Source: an uncultured Planctomycetota bacterium
GTDB taxonomy: Bacteria > Planctomycetota > Phycisphaerae > Tepidisphaerales > Tepidisphaeraceae
Reading direction: 5' to 3'
Assembly: GCA_963841915.1 (NCBI GenBank)
Contig: CAWJEN010000005.1
Coordinates: forward strand, 64,001 to 128,000
Length of the DNA: 64,000 bases
This document shows, in pieces, positions 1 to 11,273 of the stretch; the first letter of the stretch is position 1; every line of letters starts with the position of its first letter. The translations under genes were made by a program, and so were the position numbers. The notes beneath the pieces were generated by a model. It did no database searches, was not told the DNA's origin, and worked only from the letters and a program-made list of their open reading frames with translations.

Positions 1-1
1 C

Positions 2-2446
2 AACACCGGCCGTACTCTCGATCCGGTCGCCCTGCTCGACGGTCCCGTGACCCTTCAGAACGCCTCCATCGTCGGCGGCACGCTCGTCTCCGATCCGGCT
101 AATCGCCTGTCGCTCGGTTCGTTCGGCGACCTGATCTTCGACGGCCTGACCTTCGAGGGGCCACTAAATACTGAACGTTACCTCTTCGACACCGGCACGG
201 ACATTGCTGTTCGCAATGTCCTGACGGTCAATGATGCACTTGTCATTGACGAGAGTATCGACTTCGTCTTCGACAGCGGCCCGGGTAGAATCAACGCCCC
301 TGAGATCCGCATCCTCAATGGTGGCCGCCTCGACTTACTGCTACGCAACAACACGTTCTTCACGCTTGAGACGGACGTGATCGTAGATCGTGGGGGATTG
401 CTTGGAGTGAATCGGGCCGACGATTCAGCCGTTGAAACGTCGTTTGAGAACGTCGCTTCAATCTCGATCGGCGACTCCAACAGCAGCTTGAGCACCAACG
501 GCATTTTTGATGTCCGGGTTGATCATTTCTACAACAGCGGCAGCGTTACTGCGAACGAGCGAGCCAGCGTGTTGTTGAGATCGGACACCATTAATCGCGT
601 TGATGGAGTCATAGAGCTTCAACCTAACTCCGATTTCACGCTAGAGAAAAGTTGGAAGAACGACGGCACCTTCTTGACGACTAACGCGTTGGTGCAGTTC
701 GCAGGATCGCTCTCGGCCAGCGACGTCGGCACGTGGATCCGAACGGCAGGCATCGTCAGGCTCAGCGGCACTCTGAACAACACCGGTACTGACCTCAACG
801 TGATCGACGTCTTCCGCGGACAGCTTGGCATCGTCGGAGGCACCGTCGTTGGCGGCACTCTTGATGCCGACGGTATAGAGTCGCTTTATATTGACGGAAA
901 TATCGCCCGATTCATAGATAATGTCACGCTTCGCGGCAACTTCACCGTTAATGACGGCACCAAGCTGGTTGTCGAGGGTGGGCTGACGCTCGACAGCGCA
1001 ACGCTCGTCCTGGATGAGGAAGCTCGCCTCAGCTTTAACGGTGACGTGCAGCGACTGGCGGGAGCCGGCCGCGTGAGCAGGCCTGCAGACTCCAGCTCCG
1101 GGGCGGCACGCATCGCGCTGGATGACGGTGCTGAAGTCACCATCGATGAGAACATTGTCATTTCAGGTGGAAATCTCTGGATCGGTGGTAGTTCGGTAGG
1201 GTCGGCCACCGGATTACTCACCGTGAACGGCCTCCTTGAGGCTGGTGTGGCCGGCGAGACGATGAAGGTCATCGCACCAGCGCTTGGTCGCCCGCTCGAC
1301 ATCATCGTCAAAGAAGGCGGCACGCTGGAGGTAGGCGGCGGCGCATTAAAGGGTAAGGAACTTCGACTCGGTCAAGTACGCGTTGTCGATGGCGGCACGC
1401 TAACCAGTAATCTGGCTCTTGAGACGCTCGTGGCCGACATCGAGGTCATCGGCACGAACAACCGATTGGCAGGTTCAATGAGTCGACGCGTCACGCTGCT
1501 TGAGGGCAGCCTCTCGCTCGACGAAAACAGCAGCTTGTCCCTCGGTGACCAAGCCGAGACGCTTGAAATAGCCGCGACCGTCACCCTCGCCGGCGGCTCG
1601 ACTTTAGATGCAGCGGGCTCCGTCGTGCTGAACACAAGCTGGACCTCCACAGCGGGGCCGGACCCCTTCGGCCGCCTCGTCAGTGGCGGCAGCGTCGACC
1701 TTCGCGGCCTGCAGCTGAACCTTTTCGCGGACGCGAGGCAGACTGACCTTGATCTTGTCGTCGGCGACGTCTTTCCGCTGATCGAGGTGGGCGGCGGCCT
1801 CGTCGGACAGCCTGCCGAGTTTTCGGTCGACGAGACGGCGTCGGATGCTGCTATTGGTATCGTGCGGGACAGCAACAATACGCTAGATGCGAAGGTGTTC
1901 GCTGAGCCTGCTACGCAGCCGCCGAGCATCCTCGGCCTCAGCTACGAGTTCGAGACTGAGCAGGTGCTCCGCATCAACTTCGACCAGGATGTTTCGGCCT
2001 ATCTGACCGCTGATGACTTCGTATTAACGAACCTGACAAGTGCGGTGGTCCCGACACTCGATGAGGTCGAACTTGATTGGGACGAGCAGAACCTGCAGGC
2101 GACCGTGCACTACGACGGGACGCTGCCAAATAGCAGCTACAGACTTTCGCTTGCACCAACCGACTTGGCCAATGCCTTCGGCGTCGCGGGCACCGGCACG
2201 GCGGCCACGCTCGACTTCTTCGTGCTCGCAGGAGATGCCAACCGGGATCGGCAAGTGAGCATCCTGGACTTTGCGGTGCTGCGGTCGAACTTTGGATCGA
2301 GCGACGCGACGTTCAGCCAAGGCGACTTCAACTACGACGGGCAGGTGTCAATCCTCGACTTTGCCATCCTGCGCGTCAACTTTGGCCAAAGCCTGCCGGC
2401 TCCGTCGGCGTCGCTCTTTGCCGATGAAGAGGCAGCTTTCTTCTAA
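2..2446 (+). CDS. Large extracellular protein with C-terminal dockerin-like duplicated Ca-binding motif (5' truncated by window edge)
   Basis: Frame open from position 2; G/T/V/L-rich beta-strand repeats; C-terminal GDANRDRQVSILDFAVLRSNFG / GDFNYDGQVSILDFAILRVNFG duplication. Confidence 0.8.
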   Translation, partial: NTGRTLDPVALLDGPVTLQNASIVGGTLVSDPANRLSLGSFGDLIFDGLTFEGPLNTERYLFDTGTDIAVRNVLTVNDALVIDESIDFVFDSGPGRINAPEIRILNGGRLDLLLRNNTFFTLETDVIVDRGGLLGVNRADDSAVETSFENVASISIGDSNSSLSTNGIFDVRVDHFYNSGSVTANERASVLLRSDTINRVDGVIELQPNSDFTLEKSWKNDGTFLTTNALVQFAGSLSASDVGTWIRTAGIVRLSGTLNNTGTDLNVIDVFRGQLGIVGGTVVGGTLDADGIESLYIDGNIARFIDNVTLRGNFTVNDGTKLVVEGGLTLDSATLVLDEEARLSFNGDVQRLAGAGRVSRPADSSSGAARIALDDGAEVTIDENIVISGGNLWIGGSSVGSATGLLTVNGLLEAGVAGETMKVIAPALGRPLDIIVKEGGTLEVGGGALKGKELRLGQVRVVDGGTLTSNLALETLVADIEVIGTNNRLAGSMSRRVTLLEGSLSLDENSSLSLGDQAETLEIAATVTLAGGSTLDAAGSVVLNTSWTSTAGPDPFGRLVSGGSVDLRGLQLNLFADARQTDLDLVVGDVFPLIEVGGGLVGQPAEFSVDETASDAAIGIVRDSNNTLDAKVFAEPATQPPSILGLSYEFETEQVLRINFDQDVSAYLTADDFVLTNLTSAVVPTLDEVELDWDEQNLQATVHYDGTLPNSSYRLSLAPTDLANAFGVAGTGTAATLDFFVLAGDANRDRQVSILDFAVLRSNFGSSDATFSQGDFNYDGQVSILDFAILRVNFGQSLPAPSASLFADEEAAFF

Positions 2447-2470
2447 TTCTAACGCCGGTGCAACCAAGAT

Positions 2471-2498
2471 GGCCCTGCTGCGTTCGCGTGGCGGGGCC
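2471..2498 (+). terminator. GC-rich hairpin after exoprotein gene
   Basis: ggccctgctgcg-ttcg-cgtggcggggcc; weak T tail. Confidence 0.35.
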
Positions 2499-2582
2499 GT
2501 CTGTCCTTTCAGAGGGTGGCGTGGTTACACGCAGCTGGCGATGCCGCTAGGATGCGAAGCCAGGGACGAGAAGCGACTGCCG

Positions 2583-4566
2583 ATGACTGCCACCATTGCC
2601 GATGCCGTATTGCCGACCCTTGTGTCGCCTGCCGATCTCAAGCGGCTGGATATCGGCGGCCTGGAGCAGGTCGCCGACGAGCTGCGGGCGAAGATCTTCG
2701 AAGCTGTGTCGCAGTCTGGCGGGCACTTGGCGAGCAACCTCGGTGTCGTCGAACTGACCATCGCCCTGCACTACGTCTACGACTTCGGGCCGCACCCCGA
2801 GGGGCCTGATCGGCTGCTCTTCGACGTCGGACACCAGTGTTACCCGCACAAGATGCTCACCGGACGCCAAGACGGGTTCGGCAAGCTCCGCAAAGACGGC
2901 GGCGTCGGGGGATTCCCGATGCCCGACGAAAGTGACTACGACCTGTTCGGCGTCGGTCACGCCGGCACGGCCGTCTCGACTGCCGTCGGTATGGCCCGGG
3001 CGGATCAGGCGCTGGGTCGCAAGAATCATGTCGTCTCTCTCGTCGGCGACGCGAGCATCGTCAACGGCCTCAGCTTCGAAGGTCTCAACAACGCAGGCAC
3101 GCTCGATCGGCAGTTGCTCGTCGTGCTCAACGACAACGGCATGAGCATCAGCGGGCCTCAAGGTGCGTTTGCCGAGTATCTCGAGCGTGTGCGGGTCAGC
3201 ACGACGTACGAGGAGTTCAAGCGGATCAGCAAGAAGCTCGTCGAAACGATGCCTCACGCCGTCGGCGACGCGGTGACTGCCGCCTGGACCGGATTGACGG
3301 GCGGCGTCAAGCACGCCATGTGGGCCGGCGGGTTGTTCGAGGCGCTGGGCCTGAAATACATGGGGCCGATCGACGGGCACGACCTGCCGGAGCTGATCCA
3401 GTTTCTGGGTGAGATCAAGCACGTCGACAAGCCGGTGTTGCTGCACGTCAAGACGAAGAAGGGGCAAGGCGTCGACGCGGCGATGGCGGACCCGACGTCG
3501 CTGCACAGCCCGGCGGCGTTTCGCGTCGAAGGCTGCCGGGTTGAGCTGAACAAGGGTGCCGGCAAGAGCTGGACGAAGGCGTTTGCCGAGGCGACGATCG
3601 AGCTGGCGGATCGGGACGAGAAGGTGTGGGCGCTCACCGCGGCCATGCCGGACGGCACGGGGCTCAGCCTGTTCGAGAAGGCCCACCCGGAGCGGTTCAT
3701 CGACACCGGCATCTGCGAATCACACCTCATGGCGATGGCGGCGGGCATGGCCAAGAGCGGGCTCAAGCCGGTTGCGGCCATCTACAGCACGTTCACGCAG
3801 CGGTGCTTCGACCAGATCTGGCAGGAAGTGGCTTACAACGAGCAGCCGGTCGTGCTGGGCATGGACCGGGCCGGCTACGTCGGTAGCGACGGCGCGGTGC
3901 ACCACGGCTTCTGCGACCAGAGTTTCCTGCGGCCGATGCCCGGCGCAGTGCTGATGGCGCCGAGCGACGAGGCAGAGCTGAAACGGATGCTGTCGCTGGC
4001 GATGGAATTGGGCACCTTCGCGGCGTTGCGTTACCCGCGAGACGAGGTGCCGGCCGTCGATTACGAGAATCTTGTCGCACACGACCTCACGTCGGCGGCG
4101 AAGGAGATCGTGGTCGGCCAAAGCCGCGTGCTCAAGCACGGCAGCGACGCCACGATCGTCGCCTACGGCACGTTGGTCGCAGAAGCCATAGCCGCTGCAG
4201 AGGAATTAGCGAAGGACGGACACGACGTCGCCGTCGTCGATGCCCGGTTCTGTAAGCCGATGGATACGACAATGGTCACGCGCGTGCTGGACGAAGGCGC
4301 ACCCGGTGGTGACGGTCGAGGACCACGCCGTTGAGGGCGGCTTCGGCAGCGCGTTCATCGAAGCCGCCGTCGCAGCGAGCCTGCCTACGGGTCAGGTGAG
4401 GCGTCTGGGCCACCCGGCGGACAAGATGATCGGCTTCAAGAGCCGTGAGGCCCAACTGGCAGAGGCGGGTATCGACGCGGCAGGCATCGTGCGGACGCTT
4501 CGGCCGCTGCTGGCGGCGGAAACGGTATTGAGGCGTGAGATAGCTGAACCCGCTGCCTTGTCGTGA
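2583..4566 (+). CDS. dxs: 1-deoxy-D-xylulose-5-phosphate synthase (apparent +1 frameshift at ~4299)
   Basis: GGHLASNLGVVELT, FDVGHQCYPHK, GDASIVNG...LNDN, DRAGYVGSDGAVHHG; C-terminal VTVEDH..GGFGS continues in the next frame to 4566. Confidence 0.93.
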
Positions 4567-4688
4567 GGGTTCGGGACGAGGATGAGCAGATGCCGCCGCA
4601 AATTGTCGTTGCGCATCCTATCGAGTCGCCATGACGTATTAGGTTGTGTAGAGGTGCGGTCTACTGCACCCACACTGTCACCACGAGA

Positions 4689-5438
4689 ATGCACTTCATG
4701 AACCTGATCAAAATCACCGCGGCCTCGGCTGCTGTTGCCCTTGCCCTCACCACCGCCGCCTTTGGTCAATCGACTGTGGTGGCCCCGGCCGGCTTCGAAA
4801 ATGTTGACGGCCCCGCGATCAGCGATGGCCCGCTCGGCATGGCCAGCGCCAACGCCAACGGCCGCCGATACCAGCAGGTCTATTCGGCCGACTTCTTCGA
4901 CGACGCCGTATCGATCAACGAGATCCAATTCCGCGCTGCCAACGCAGGCCAGTTCCGGCCTGACAGCATCACGGCCTCCAACACCTTCATCACCCTGTCG
5001 ACCACCGCCAGCGCCGCCAACGCGGCAGGCATCGCCGGCAGCTACGACAGCAACGTCGGCAGCGACTCGGTTGTCGTCTACAGCGGCCCGCTGACCCTGG
5101 CCCGCGGCGCTGCGAATGCGTCCGGCCCGCAGGCGTTCGATTACGGCTTTGTCCTGCAGACGCCTTTCGTTTTCGATCCTTCGATGGGCAACCTGTTGCT
5201 CGATGTGACGGTCCCGGCCGGTGCGACGCTGACGGCCGGCCCGGGCTTCGGTGCGGTGGACAGCTTCGACGCTGTCGTCGACCAGCCTGACGTGGACGGC
5301 ATCGCGAGCAAAGTCGGTAACTTCGGGGCCGTGAGCACCGGCCTGGTGACGCAGTTCACCACGACGGCGGTTCCGGAGCCGACGCTGGCTGCGGTCGGTG
5401 CGATGGTCGGCGGGCTGCTGCTCCGCCGCCGTAGCTGA
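4689..5438 (+). CDS. PEP-CTERM sorting domain exoprotein
   Basis: Signal peptide; C-terminus VPEPTLAAVGAMVGGLLLRRRS; alternative start 4698. Confidence 0.88.
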   Translation: MHFMNLIKITAASAAVALALTTAAFGQSTVVAPAGFENVDGPAISDGPLGMASANANGRRYQQVYSADFFDDAVSINEIQFRAANAGQFRPDSITASNTFITLSTTASAANAAGIAGSYDSNVGSDSVVVYSGPLTLARGAANASGPQAFDYGFVLQTPFVFDPSMGNLLLDVTVPAGATLTAGPGFGAVDSFDAVVDQPDVDGIASKVGNFGAVSTGLVTQFTTTAVPEPTLAAVGAMVGGLLLRRRS

Positions 5439-5463
5439 TTGAATTGGCGAACTTTTCTATGGT

Positions 5464-5505
5464 CAAGACGCCGCGACCCTTCAAAGGTTGCGGCGTCTTG
5501 CGTTT
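5464..5505 (+). terminator. Rho-independent terminator
   Basis: caagacgccgcgacc...ggttgcggcgtcttg followed by cgttt. Confidence 0.65.
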
Positions 5506-5641
5506 CATGCCGATCTAAGGGTCAGGCCGCGACGTATGGTCTTAGCGGGACTACCTCCCGCACGACGGGAATGCCTCCCGACTGGCCGCCGGTAACCTGC
5601 CGACGGCTCACCACTACGACTCCGAAGGGCGAATCAACACC

Positions 5642-8206
5642 ATGTTTGAGCGATTCACCGACCGCGCCCGCAAGGTCATGGCTCTTGCCAACCAAGAGGC
5701 GCAGCGATTTAACCACGAATACATCGGGACTGAGCACATCCTGCTCGGCCTCGTCAAAGAAGGCAGCGGCGTTGGGGCCAACGTCCTTAAGAACCTCGAC
5801 GTCGACCTGCGCAAGGTCCGTGTCGAGGTCGAAAAGCTCGTCAAGAGCGGCCCCGAGATGGTCACGATGGGCAAGCTCCCGCAAACCCCGCGGGCCAAAA
5901 AGGTCATCGAGTACGCCATCGAAGAGGCTCGCAACCTCAATCACAACTACGTCGGCACCGAGCACCTCCTGCTGGGCCTGCTCCGCGAGCACGACGGCGT
6001 TGCGGCGCAGGTGCTTATGAACCTCGGGCTCAAGCTCGAAGAGGTTCGCGAAGAGGTCTTGAACCTCCTCGGTGCCGGCGTCGAGGGCGAGGACAGTGAC
6101 GAAGAAACCGTCACCGCAGGCGGCGGTGCCGAGGGCAAGGGTAAGAAGAAGGGCAAGAGCTCGACGCCCGCCCTCGACTCCTTCGGCCGCGACCTCACGG
6201 CACTTGCCAAGGAGAATCAACTCGATCCGGTCATCGGCCGGGCCGAGGAGATCGAGCGTGTCATCCAGATTCTCTGCCGTCGGCAGAAGAACAACCCGGT
6301 GCTCCTCGGCGAAGCAGGCGTCGGCAAGACGGCCATCGTCGAGGGTCTGGCCCAGATGATTATCGGCCACGACGTGCCCGAGATCCTCCACGGACGGCGG
6401 CTCATCGTGCTGGACCTGGCCATGATGGTCGCCGGTACGAAGTACCGCGGTCAGTTCGAAGAGCGCATCAAGGCCGTGATGAACGAGGTCCGTCGGGCCA
6501 AGAACATCATTCTGTTCATCGACGAGCTGCACACGCTCGTCGGGGCAGGCGGGGCCGAAGGTGCGATCGACGCGTCGAACGTCCTCAAGCCCGCCTTGAG
6601 CCGTGGCGAGATCCAGTGCGTCGGTGCGACGACTTTCGACGAGTATCGCAAGTACATCGAGAAGGACGCCGCCCTGGCCCGCCGGTTCCAGCCGATCACG
6701 GTCGAGCAGCCGAGCAAGGAGAATGCCGTCAAGATCCTGGCCGGCCTTCGCGAGAAGTACGAAGAGCACCATCGCGTCCGCATCACGGACGACGCGCTGG
6801 AGCAGGCCGTCGAGCTGTCTGACCGCTACATCAGCGGCCGAGCGCTTCCTGACAAGGCGATTGACGTGCTTGACGAGGCCGGTGCTCGCATCCGGCTCAA
6901 GAGCATGACCAAGCCGCCGAATCTGGCGGAGCTCGAGGAGCAGATCGAGCGGCTGAGCATCTTTAAGGACGAAGCCGTCAAAAACGCAGAGTACGAGGAG
7001 GCTGCCAAGCTTCGTGACGAGGCCGAGCGGCTGCGTAGTAGCAAGGAAGAGCTGCAACGCCAGTGGAAGGAAAAGGCCAAGGAAGTCGACGGCGTCGTCG
7101 ATGAAGAGGTCATCGCCGAGGTCATCAGCAAGATGACCGGCGTCCCGCTGACGCGTCTGGAGAAGGAGGAGGCCCAGCGCCTGCTCGAGCTCGAGAACGA
7201 GCTGCACAAGCGTGTGGTCAGCCAGCACGAGGCGATCGAGGCGATCAGCAAGACGATCCGCCGGGCACGTTCGGGCCTCAAGGACCCGAACCGTCCGATG
7301 GGTGGCTTCCTGTTCCTCGGCCCGTCAGGCGTCGGCAAAACGCTGCTGAGCAAGGCGCTGGCCGAGTTCATGTTCGGCGACGAGGATGCGCTCGTGTCGA
7401 TCGACATGAGCGAGTACATGGAGAAGCACAACATCTCCCGCCTTGTCGGTGCGCCTCCCGGATACGTCGGTTACGAAGAAGGTGGCCAACTCACCGAAAA
7501 GATTCGTCGTCGGCCATACAGCGTGGTGCTGCTCGACGAAGTTGAGAAGGCCCACCCGGACGTCTTCAACATGCTGCTGCAGATTCTTGAAGAAGGCCGC
7601 CTGACCGACTCGTTCGGCCGGCACGTCGACTTCCGGAACGTCGTCATGATCATGACTAGCAACATCGGGGCCGACCTCATCAAGGGCGGCGTCACGCCGT
7701 TCGGCCTGCAGGGCAAGGGCAAGGGCACCGACGAAGAGCAGTCTTACGACAAGATGAAGTCGACGCTGATGAAGGAAATCGAGCGGTTCTTCCGCCCTGA
7801 GTTCATCGGCCGCCTCGACGACGTCATCGTCTTTCGTCCGCTCGCTCGCGAGCACCTCGTCGAGATCGTCGAGCTCGAGCTCCGCAAGGTCACCAAGCGT
7901 CTCGTCGAGCGTGGCCTGCGCCTCGAACTCGATCAGGAAGCCAAAGACTTCCTCATCGACAAGGGGACGAGCACCGATTTCGGTGCCAGGCCGTTGCGTC
8001 GGGCGATTGAGCAGTTCGTTGAGGATCCGCTCAGCGAGGAAATTCTTCGCGGGCACTACGACGACAAGGCCAAGATCCTGATTACGCGTGCCAAGGACGA
8101 TGAGGACAAGCCGCTGGACCACCTGTTCTTCGACGCCCAGGCTGTTGAGGCCGAGGCTGCGACGGAAGAGGAGCAGGCTGCAGTCGCCGCTGGCGACGCG
8201 ACCTGA
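5642..8206 (+). CDS. clpC: ATP-dependent Clp protease ATP-binding subunit ClpC
   Basis: [13 protein letters not shown]-domain repeats; two Walker A motifs ([16 protein letters not shown]); UVR coiled coil; GARPLRR. Confidence 0.96.
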   Translation: MFERFTDRARKVMALANQEAQRFNHEYIGTEHILLGLVKEGSGVGANVLKNLDVDLRKVRVEVEKLVKSGPEMVTMGKLPQTPRAKKVIEYAIEEARNLNHNYVGTEHLLLGLLREHDGVAAQVLMNLGLKLEEVREEVLNLLGAGVEGEDSDEETVTAGGGAEGKGKKKGKSSTPALDSFGRDLTALAKENQLDPVIGRAEEIERVIQILCRRQKNNPVLLGEAGVGKTAIVEGLAQMIIGHDVPEILHGRRLIVLDLAMMVAGTKYRGQFEERIKAVMNEVRRAKNIILFIDELHTLVGAGGAEGAIDASNVLKPALSRGEIQCVGATTFDEYRKYIEKDAALARRFQPITVEQPSKENAVKILAGLREKYEEHHRVRITDDALEQAVELSDRYISGRALPDKAIDVLDEAGARIRLKSMTKPPNLAELEEQIERLSIFKDEAVKNAEYEEAAKLRDEAERLRSSKEELQRQWKEKAKEVDGVVDEEVIAEVISKMTGVPLTRLEKEEAQRLLELENELHKRVVSQHEAIEAISKTIRRARSGLKDPNRPMGGFLFLGPSGVGKTLLSKALAEFMFGDEDALVSIDMSEYMEKHNISRLVGAPPGYVGYEEGGQLTEKIRRRPYSVVLLDEVEKAHPDVFNMLLQILEEGRLTDSFGRHVDFRNVVMIMTSNIGADLIKGGVTPFGLQGKGKGTDEEQSYDKMKSTLMKEIERFFRPEFIGRLDDVIVFRPLAREHLVEIVELELRKVTKRLVERGLRLELDQEAKDFLIDKGTSTDFGARPLRRAIEQFVEDPLSEEILRGHYDDKAKILITRAKDDEDKPLDHLFFDAQAVEAEAATEEEQAAVAAGDAT

Positions 8207-8230
8207 ACCGGCGACAAGACCTGACGAAGG

Positions 8231-8262
8231 AGGCGGGGGCGACACAGTCGCCCCCGCCTTTT
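8231..8262 (+). terminator. Rho-independent terminator
   Basis: aggcgggggcgac-aca-gtcgcccccgcct-ttt. Confidence 0.85.
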
Positions 8263-8553
8263 CGCGTCGTAAAGCAGGACGACACTGAGAACCACGCTCG
8301 TATGGACTAGTTCATACAGTCCCTGTTCAGGCTTAAAAATGCGCATTCTTTGAAGCGGCATGGCGTTCCTGGTCGAAAACAGTTATTGTAGGTGATCTAC
8401 GTTTCACTCGCCCTCCCTCGTGGGATGGTCCGTGGCCGACGACTGTGGAGGCACGTCGGCAGCGTCATACGGGCTTGGTGGACCGCAACACTGCGGGACC
8501 GGCTTGATATGACGGCAGAAGCGTCTTGAGCCCAATCAGCCAGAGGAGCTATC

Positions 8554-9529
8554 GTGAAAGTCAGCATCAACTCGTCGTCACGCCGTGACCGGTCCCGCGC
8601 CTTCACCCTCGTGGAGCTGCTCGTCGTCATCGGCATCATCGCCCTGCTCATCAGCATCCTGCTGCCGACGCTCAACAGCGCCAACGCGTCGGCGAGGAAC
8701 GTCAAGTGCCTCTCCAACCTGCGCTCGACTCGGCCAGATCGCGCTGCTGTACAGCAATGACAACCAACAACGGGTTTTGCCGACCCGCATCACGCAGACA
8801 CCTGGAGCCAATCCGCCACTTGGGACCTACGACGTTTGGGCCAACCTCCTGATCAATGCTGAGCTTGTCGAGGAACAGCGGGGCGGGCGACCCATTCCCG
8901 GTCCCGGTTCGGAGATCATCTCTGGCATCGACTACGACTCAATCCTCGTATGTCCGAGCACGGCTGACCTGGCGGTCGGGCTGACACAGAATGCAGACGG
9001 TGCCCGACGCGTTGCAGGCTTCCTGCTCGATCCGGGTGGAGCCATGAAGGCGACGGACTTCAGCTATTTCATCAACGGCTACTTTGCTCCCAACATACCG
9101 GCACTGCAGAACCCCGCTTCAGATGCGTACAAGCGTGCCCGCTTGATCCCAAGCACGCAGGTCAATTTTGCCCCTGGTGGTGGACAGCCGCCGTTGAAAA
9201 GCCTTGCGGCAATCAAGGGCTCTACCGAAATGGCCTACTTTGGTGACGGCATCGAGCGTCAGACGCAGGCGGTCTTCCAGCCGCAGATCGCAGATTACAT
9301 CTCTGGCAAAAGGCACGGCTCGTTTGACTCGGAGAAGCCGGTCACCTCGGGTAAGACGAACATCACCTTCTTCGACGGCCATGCCGAGAGCGTCGACCGC
9401 AAGAACTTGCCCGGCGGCGATCCGCTCGGCACCACGTTCCCGACGACCGAGCCGATGGTCGAGCGGGCACGCGAACTCAATGCGGAATTTCCCGGTGCCA
9501 AGTTCCGCCTCGACCAGGTCGATGGCTGA
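8554..9529 (+). CDS. Prepilin-type N-terminal cleavage/methylation protein with H-X9-DG-type C-terminal motif (apparent +1 frameshift at ~8728)
   Basis: [23 protein letters not shown]...CLSNLR in one frame; [12 protein letters not shown]...RHG...[10 protein letters not shown] in the next. Confidence 0.85.
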
Positions 9530-9557
9530 ACCGCATCCGATCCGTTGCAACACAAAC

Positions 9558-9584
9558 GCGACCCGCATCAGCGGGTCGCTTTTG
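9558..9584 (+). terminator. Terminator hairpin between convergent genes
   Basis: gcgacccgc-atca-gcgggtcgc-tttt. Confidence 0.75.
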
Positions 9585-9600
9585 TTATGACACGAACCTT

Positions 9601-10380
9601 TCAGGTCGGTGACGCTTCCTTGACACCGACGTAGATGACCGCAATCCCAAAGGTCAGCGGCGTCTGCGTGACGTTCGCGAAGCCGGCCTCCTCCAGTTCG
9701 CGAACCATTTGCTCGCGCGGCTTGAACGTCTCGACGCTTTGGGCGAGGTAGCGGTAGGCCCCGGTCTTGTCGCGGGCGACGAGGCTGGCCAGGCGGGTCA
9801 GGACGTGGTTGAAGTAGAGGTCGTAGCCCGTGCGGATGAGCTTGTTGGTCGGCTTGGAGAACTCGAGCACGACCGCCCTGCCGCCGGGCCGCAGGACGCG
9901 GTGGAACTCGCGGTAGGCGGCGGCCGAGTCGGCGACGTTGCGGATGCCGAAGGCGATCGAGACGACGTCGGCCGAAGCGTCGGCGAGCGGCAGCCGCTGG
10001 GCGTCGCCGTGGGCGTAGTCGATCTTTCCGCCGCGATCCGGCCGCTTTTGGCGCGCGATCGGCAGCATGTCGAACGTGTAGTCGACGCCGAGAACCGAGC
10101 AGGCACCATCGTTGATGCGATCAAGCGCGTCGCGGTAGAGGATTGTCAAATCGCCCGTCCCGCACGCCACGTCGACGACGCGGTCGTCCGCCTTGAGCCG
10201 CGAGAGCTTGACCGCCTTCTTCCGCCACCGCTGGTCGATGCCCAGCGACCAGAGGCGGTTGTTGAGGTCGTAGCTGGGGGCGATGGCCGCGAACATGTCG
10301 CGGACGCGCTTTTGCTTGTCGGCCTCGCCGTGCGGGTTGGCGAGCCGCTGTTTGTCCCAAATGGTGCCGTCGCTTGCCAC
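9601..10380 (-). CDS. ubiE: Demethylmenaquinone/ubiquinone methyltransferase (UbiE/MenG)
   Basis: VRDMFAAIAPSYDLNN, DVACGTGD, SIAFGIRNV, RVLRPGG, AYRYL. Confidence 0.9.
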   Translation of the reverse strand: MASDGTIWDKQRLANPHGEADKQKRVRDMFAAIAPSYDLNNRLWSLGIDQRWRKKAVKLSRLKADDRVVDVACGTGDLTILYRDALDRINDGACSVLGVDYTFDMLPIARQKRPDRGGKIDYAHGDAQRLPLADASADVVSIAFGIRNVADSAAAYREFHRVLRPGGRAVVLEFSKPTNKLIRTGYDLYFNHVLTRLASLVARDKTGAYRYLAQSVETFKPREQMVRELEEAGFANVTQTPLTFGIAVIYVGVKEASPT

Positions 10381-10439
10381 GCCGCGACCCTACGACGTTG
10401 CAACGGGCAAGCCTTCAATAGCGTGCGAACGATGACAAT

Positions 10440-11237
10440 GTGTCCTCGTCGCCTCAGGCCTACTTCCCGCCCGACAGCGCCATCCGTCGCGTCACGCGCT
10501 CGCGGAGCGTGCTGCTGTACGGGGCCGCTGCCCTTGCGCTGCAGGTGAGCGACGAGCGTGTCGCCCGAGGCGTGGCCGAACACAGCAGCTTCTCGGTTGA
10601 CCCGCTCGCCCGGCTGCACCGAACGCTTGAGGCCAGCTACGCCAGCGTCTTTGCCCCGCCTGCCGAGTCGAATGCGGCCGTCGGGCACGTCAATCGGCTG
10701 CACGCCAGAGTGAAGGGAGACGGCTACAGCGCCTTTGACCCTGACTTGCTGCTGTGGGTCATGGCCACCCTCGTCGCCTGCGGCATCGAGGCGTACGAGC
10801 GATTCGTCGGGCCCATCAGCGACGCCGACAAGGCTGACTACTACACCCAAACTCGCGACAGCACGACCCGATTCGGCCTCCGCCGCGACTACGGCCCGCA
10901 GAGCTACGGGCAGTTCGAGGCGTATTGGAAGGATCGCCTGGCGGATCCCGCGCTGGGCGACTCGGACGTTTCTCGCAAGCTCATCGGCGAGATCACGACG
11001 CCGACGAAGCCTTGGTGGCTCAGACCGGCCGGCATCCCCGCCCGCGTCTGGCTGGCTGCGACGCTTCCGCCTGCCGTCGGTGTGCGGCTGGGGCATCCGC
11101 AGACGCTGGCCTCCCGTGCCGCCGGTCGCTTCGGCGACGTCGCGCTCGGCACCTTCTTTACCGTCGCCCCGGATCGCCTGACGGTGACCAAAGCCGCCCG
11201 TTCGGCAGAACATCGCGAGCGAGTTGCGAGTTCCTAA
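10440..11237 (+). CDS. Oxygenase MpaB/DUF2236 family protein
   Basis: AALALQ...VARGVAEHSSF...RLHRT, VNRLHARVKG, YSAFDPDLLLWVMATL. Confidence 0.8.
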   Translation: MSSSPQAYFPPDSAIRRVTRSRSVLLYGAAALALQVSDERVARGVAEHSSFSVDPLARLHRTLEASYASVFAPPAESNAAVGHVNRLHARVKGDGYSAFDPDLLLWVMATLVACGIEAYERFVGPISDADKADYYTQTRDSTTRFGLRRDYGPQSYGQFEAYWKDRLADPALGDSDVSRKLIGEITTPTKPWWLRPAGIPARVWLAATLPPAVGVRLGHPQTLASRAAGRFGDVALGTFFTVAPDRLTVTKAARSAEHRERVASS

Positions 11238-11273
11238 GCGAGGTGGCGACGAAGCCGCTACGCTGGCCGTCTC

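Noticed and set aside
5522..7228. Long antisense and alternative-frame ORFs (also 28045-29718, 29862-31736, 31469-33169 and others)
   Set aside because: Shadow ORFs of strongly GC3-biased real genes; no recognisable motifs
8430..8550. Cobalamin riboswitch-like fragments (gactgt, cactgcggga, agccagagga)
   Set aside because: Core GGGAA/CGGTG..AATCCG/GCCCCCGC elements and B12 box not properly present; kept only as an unassigned structured leader
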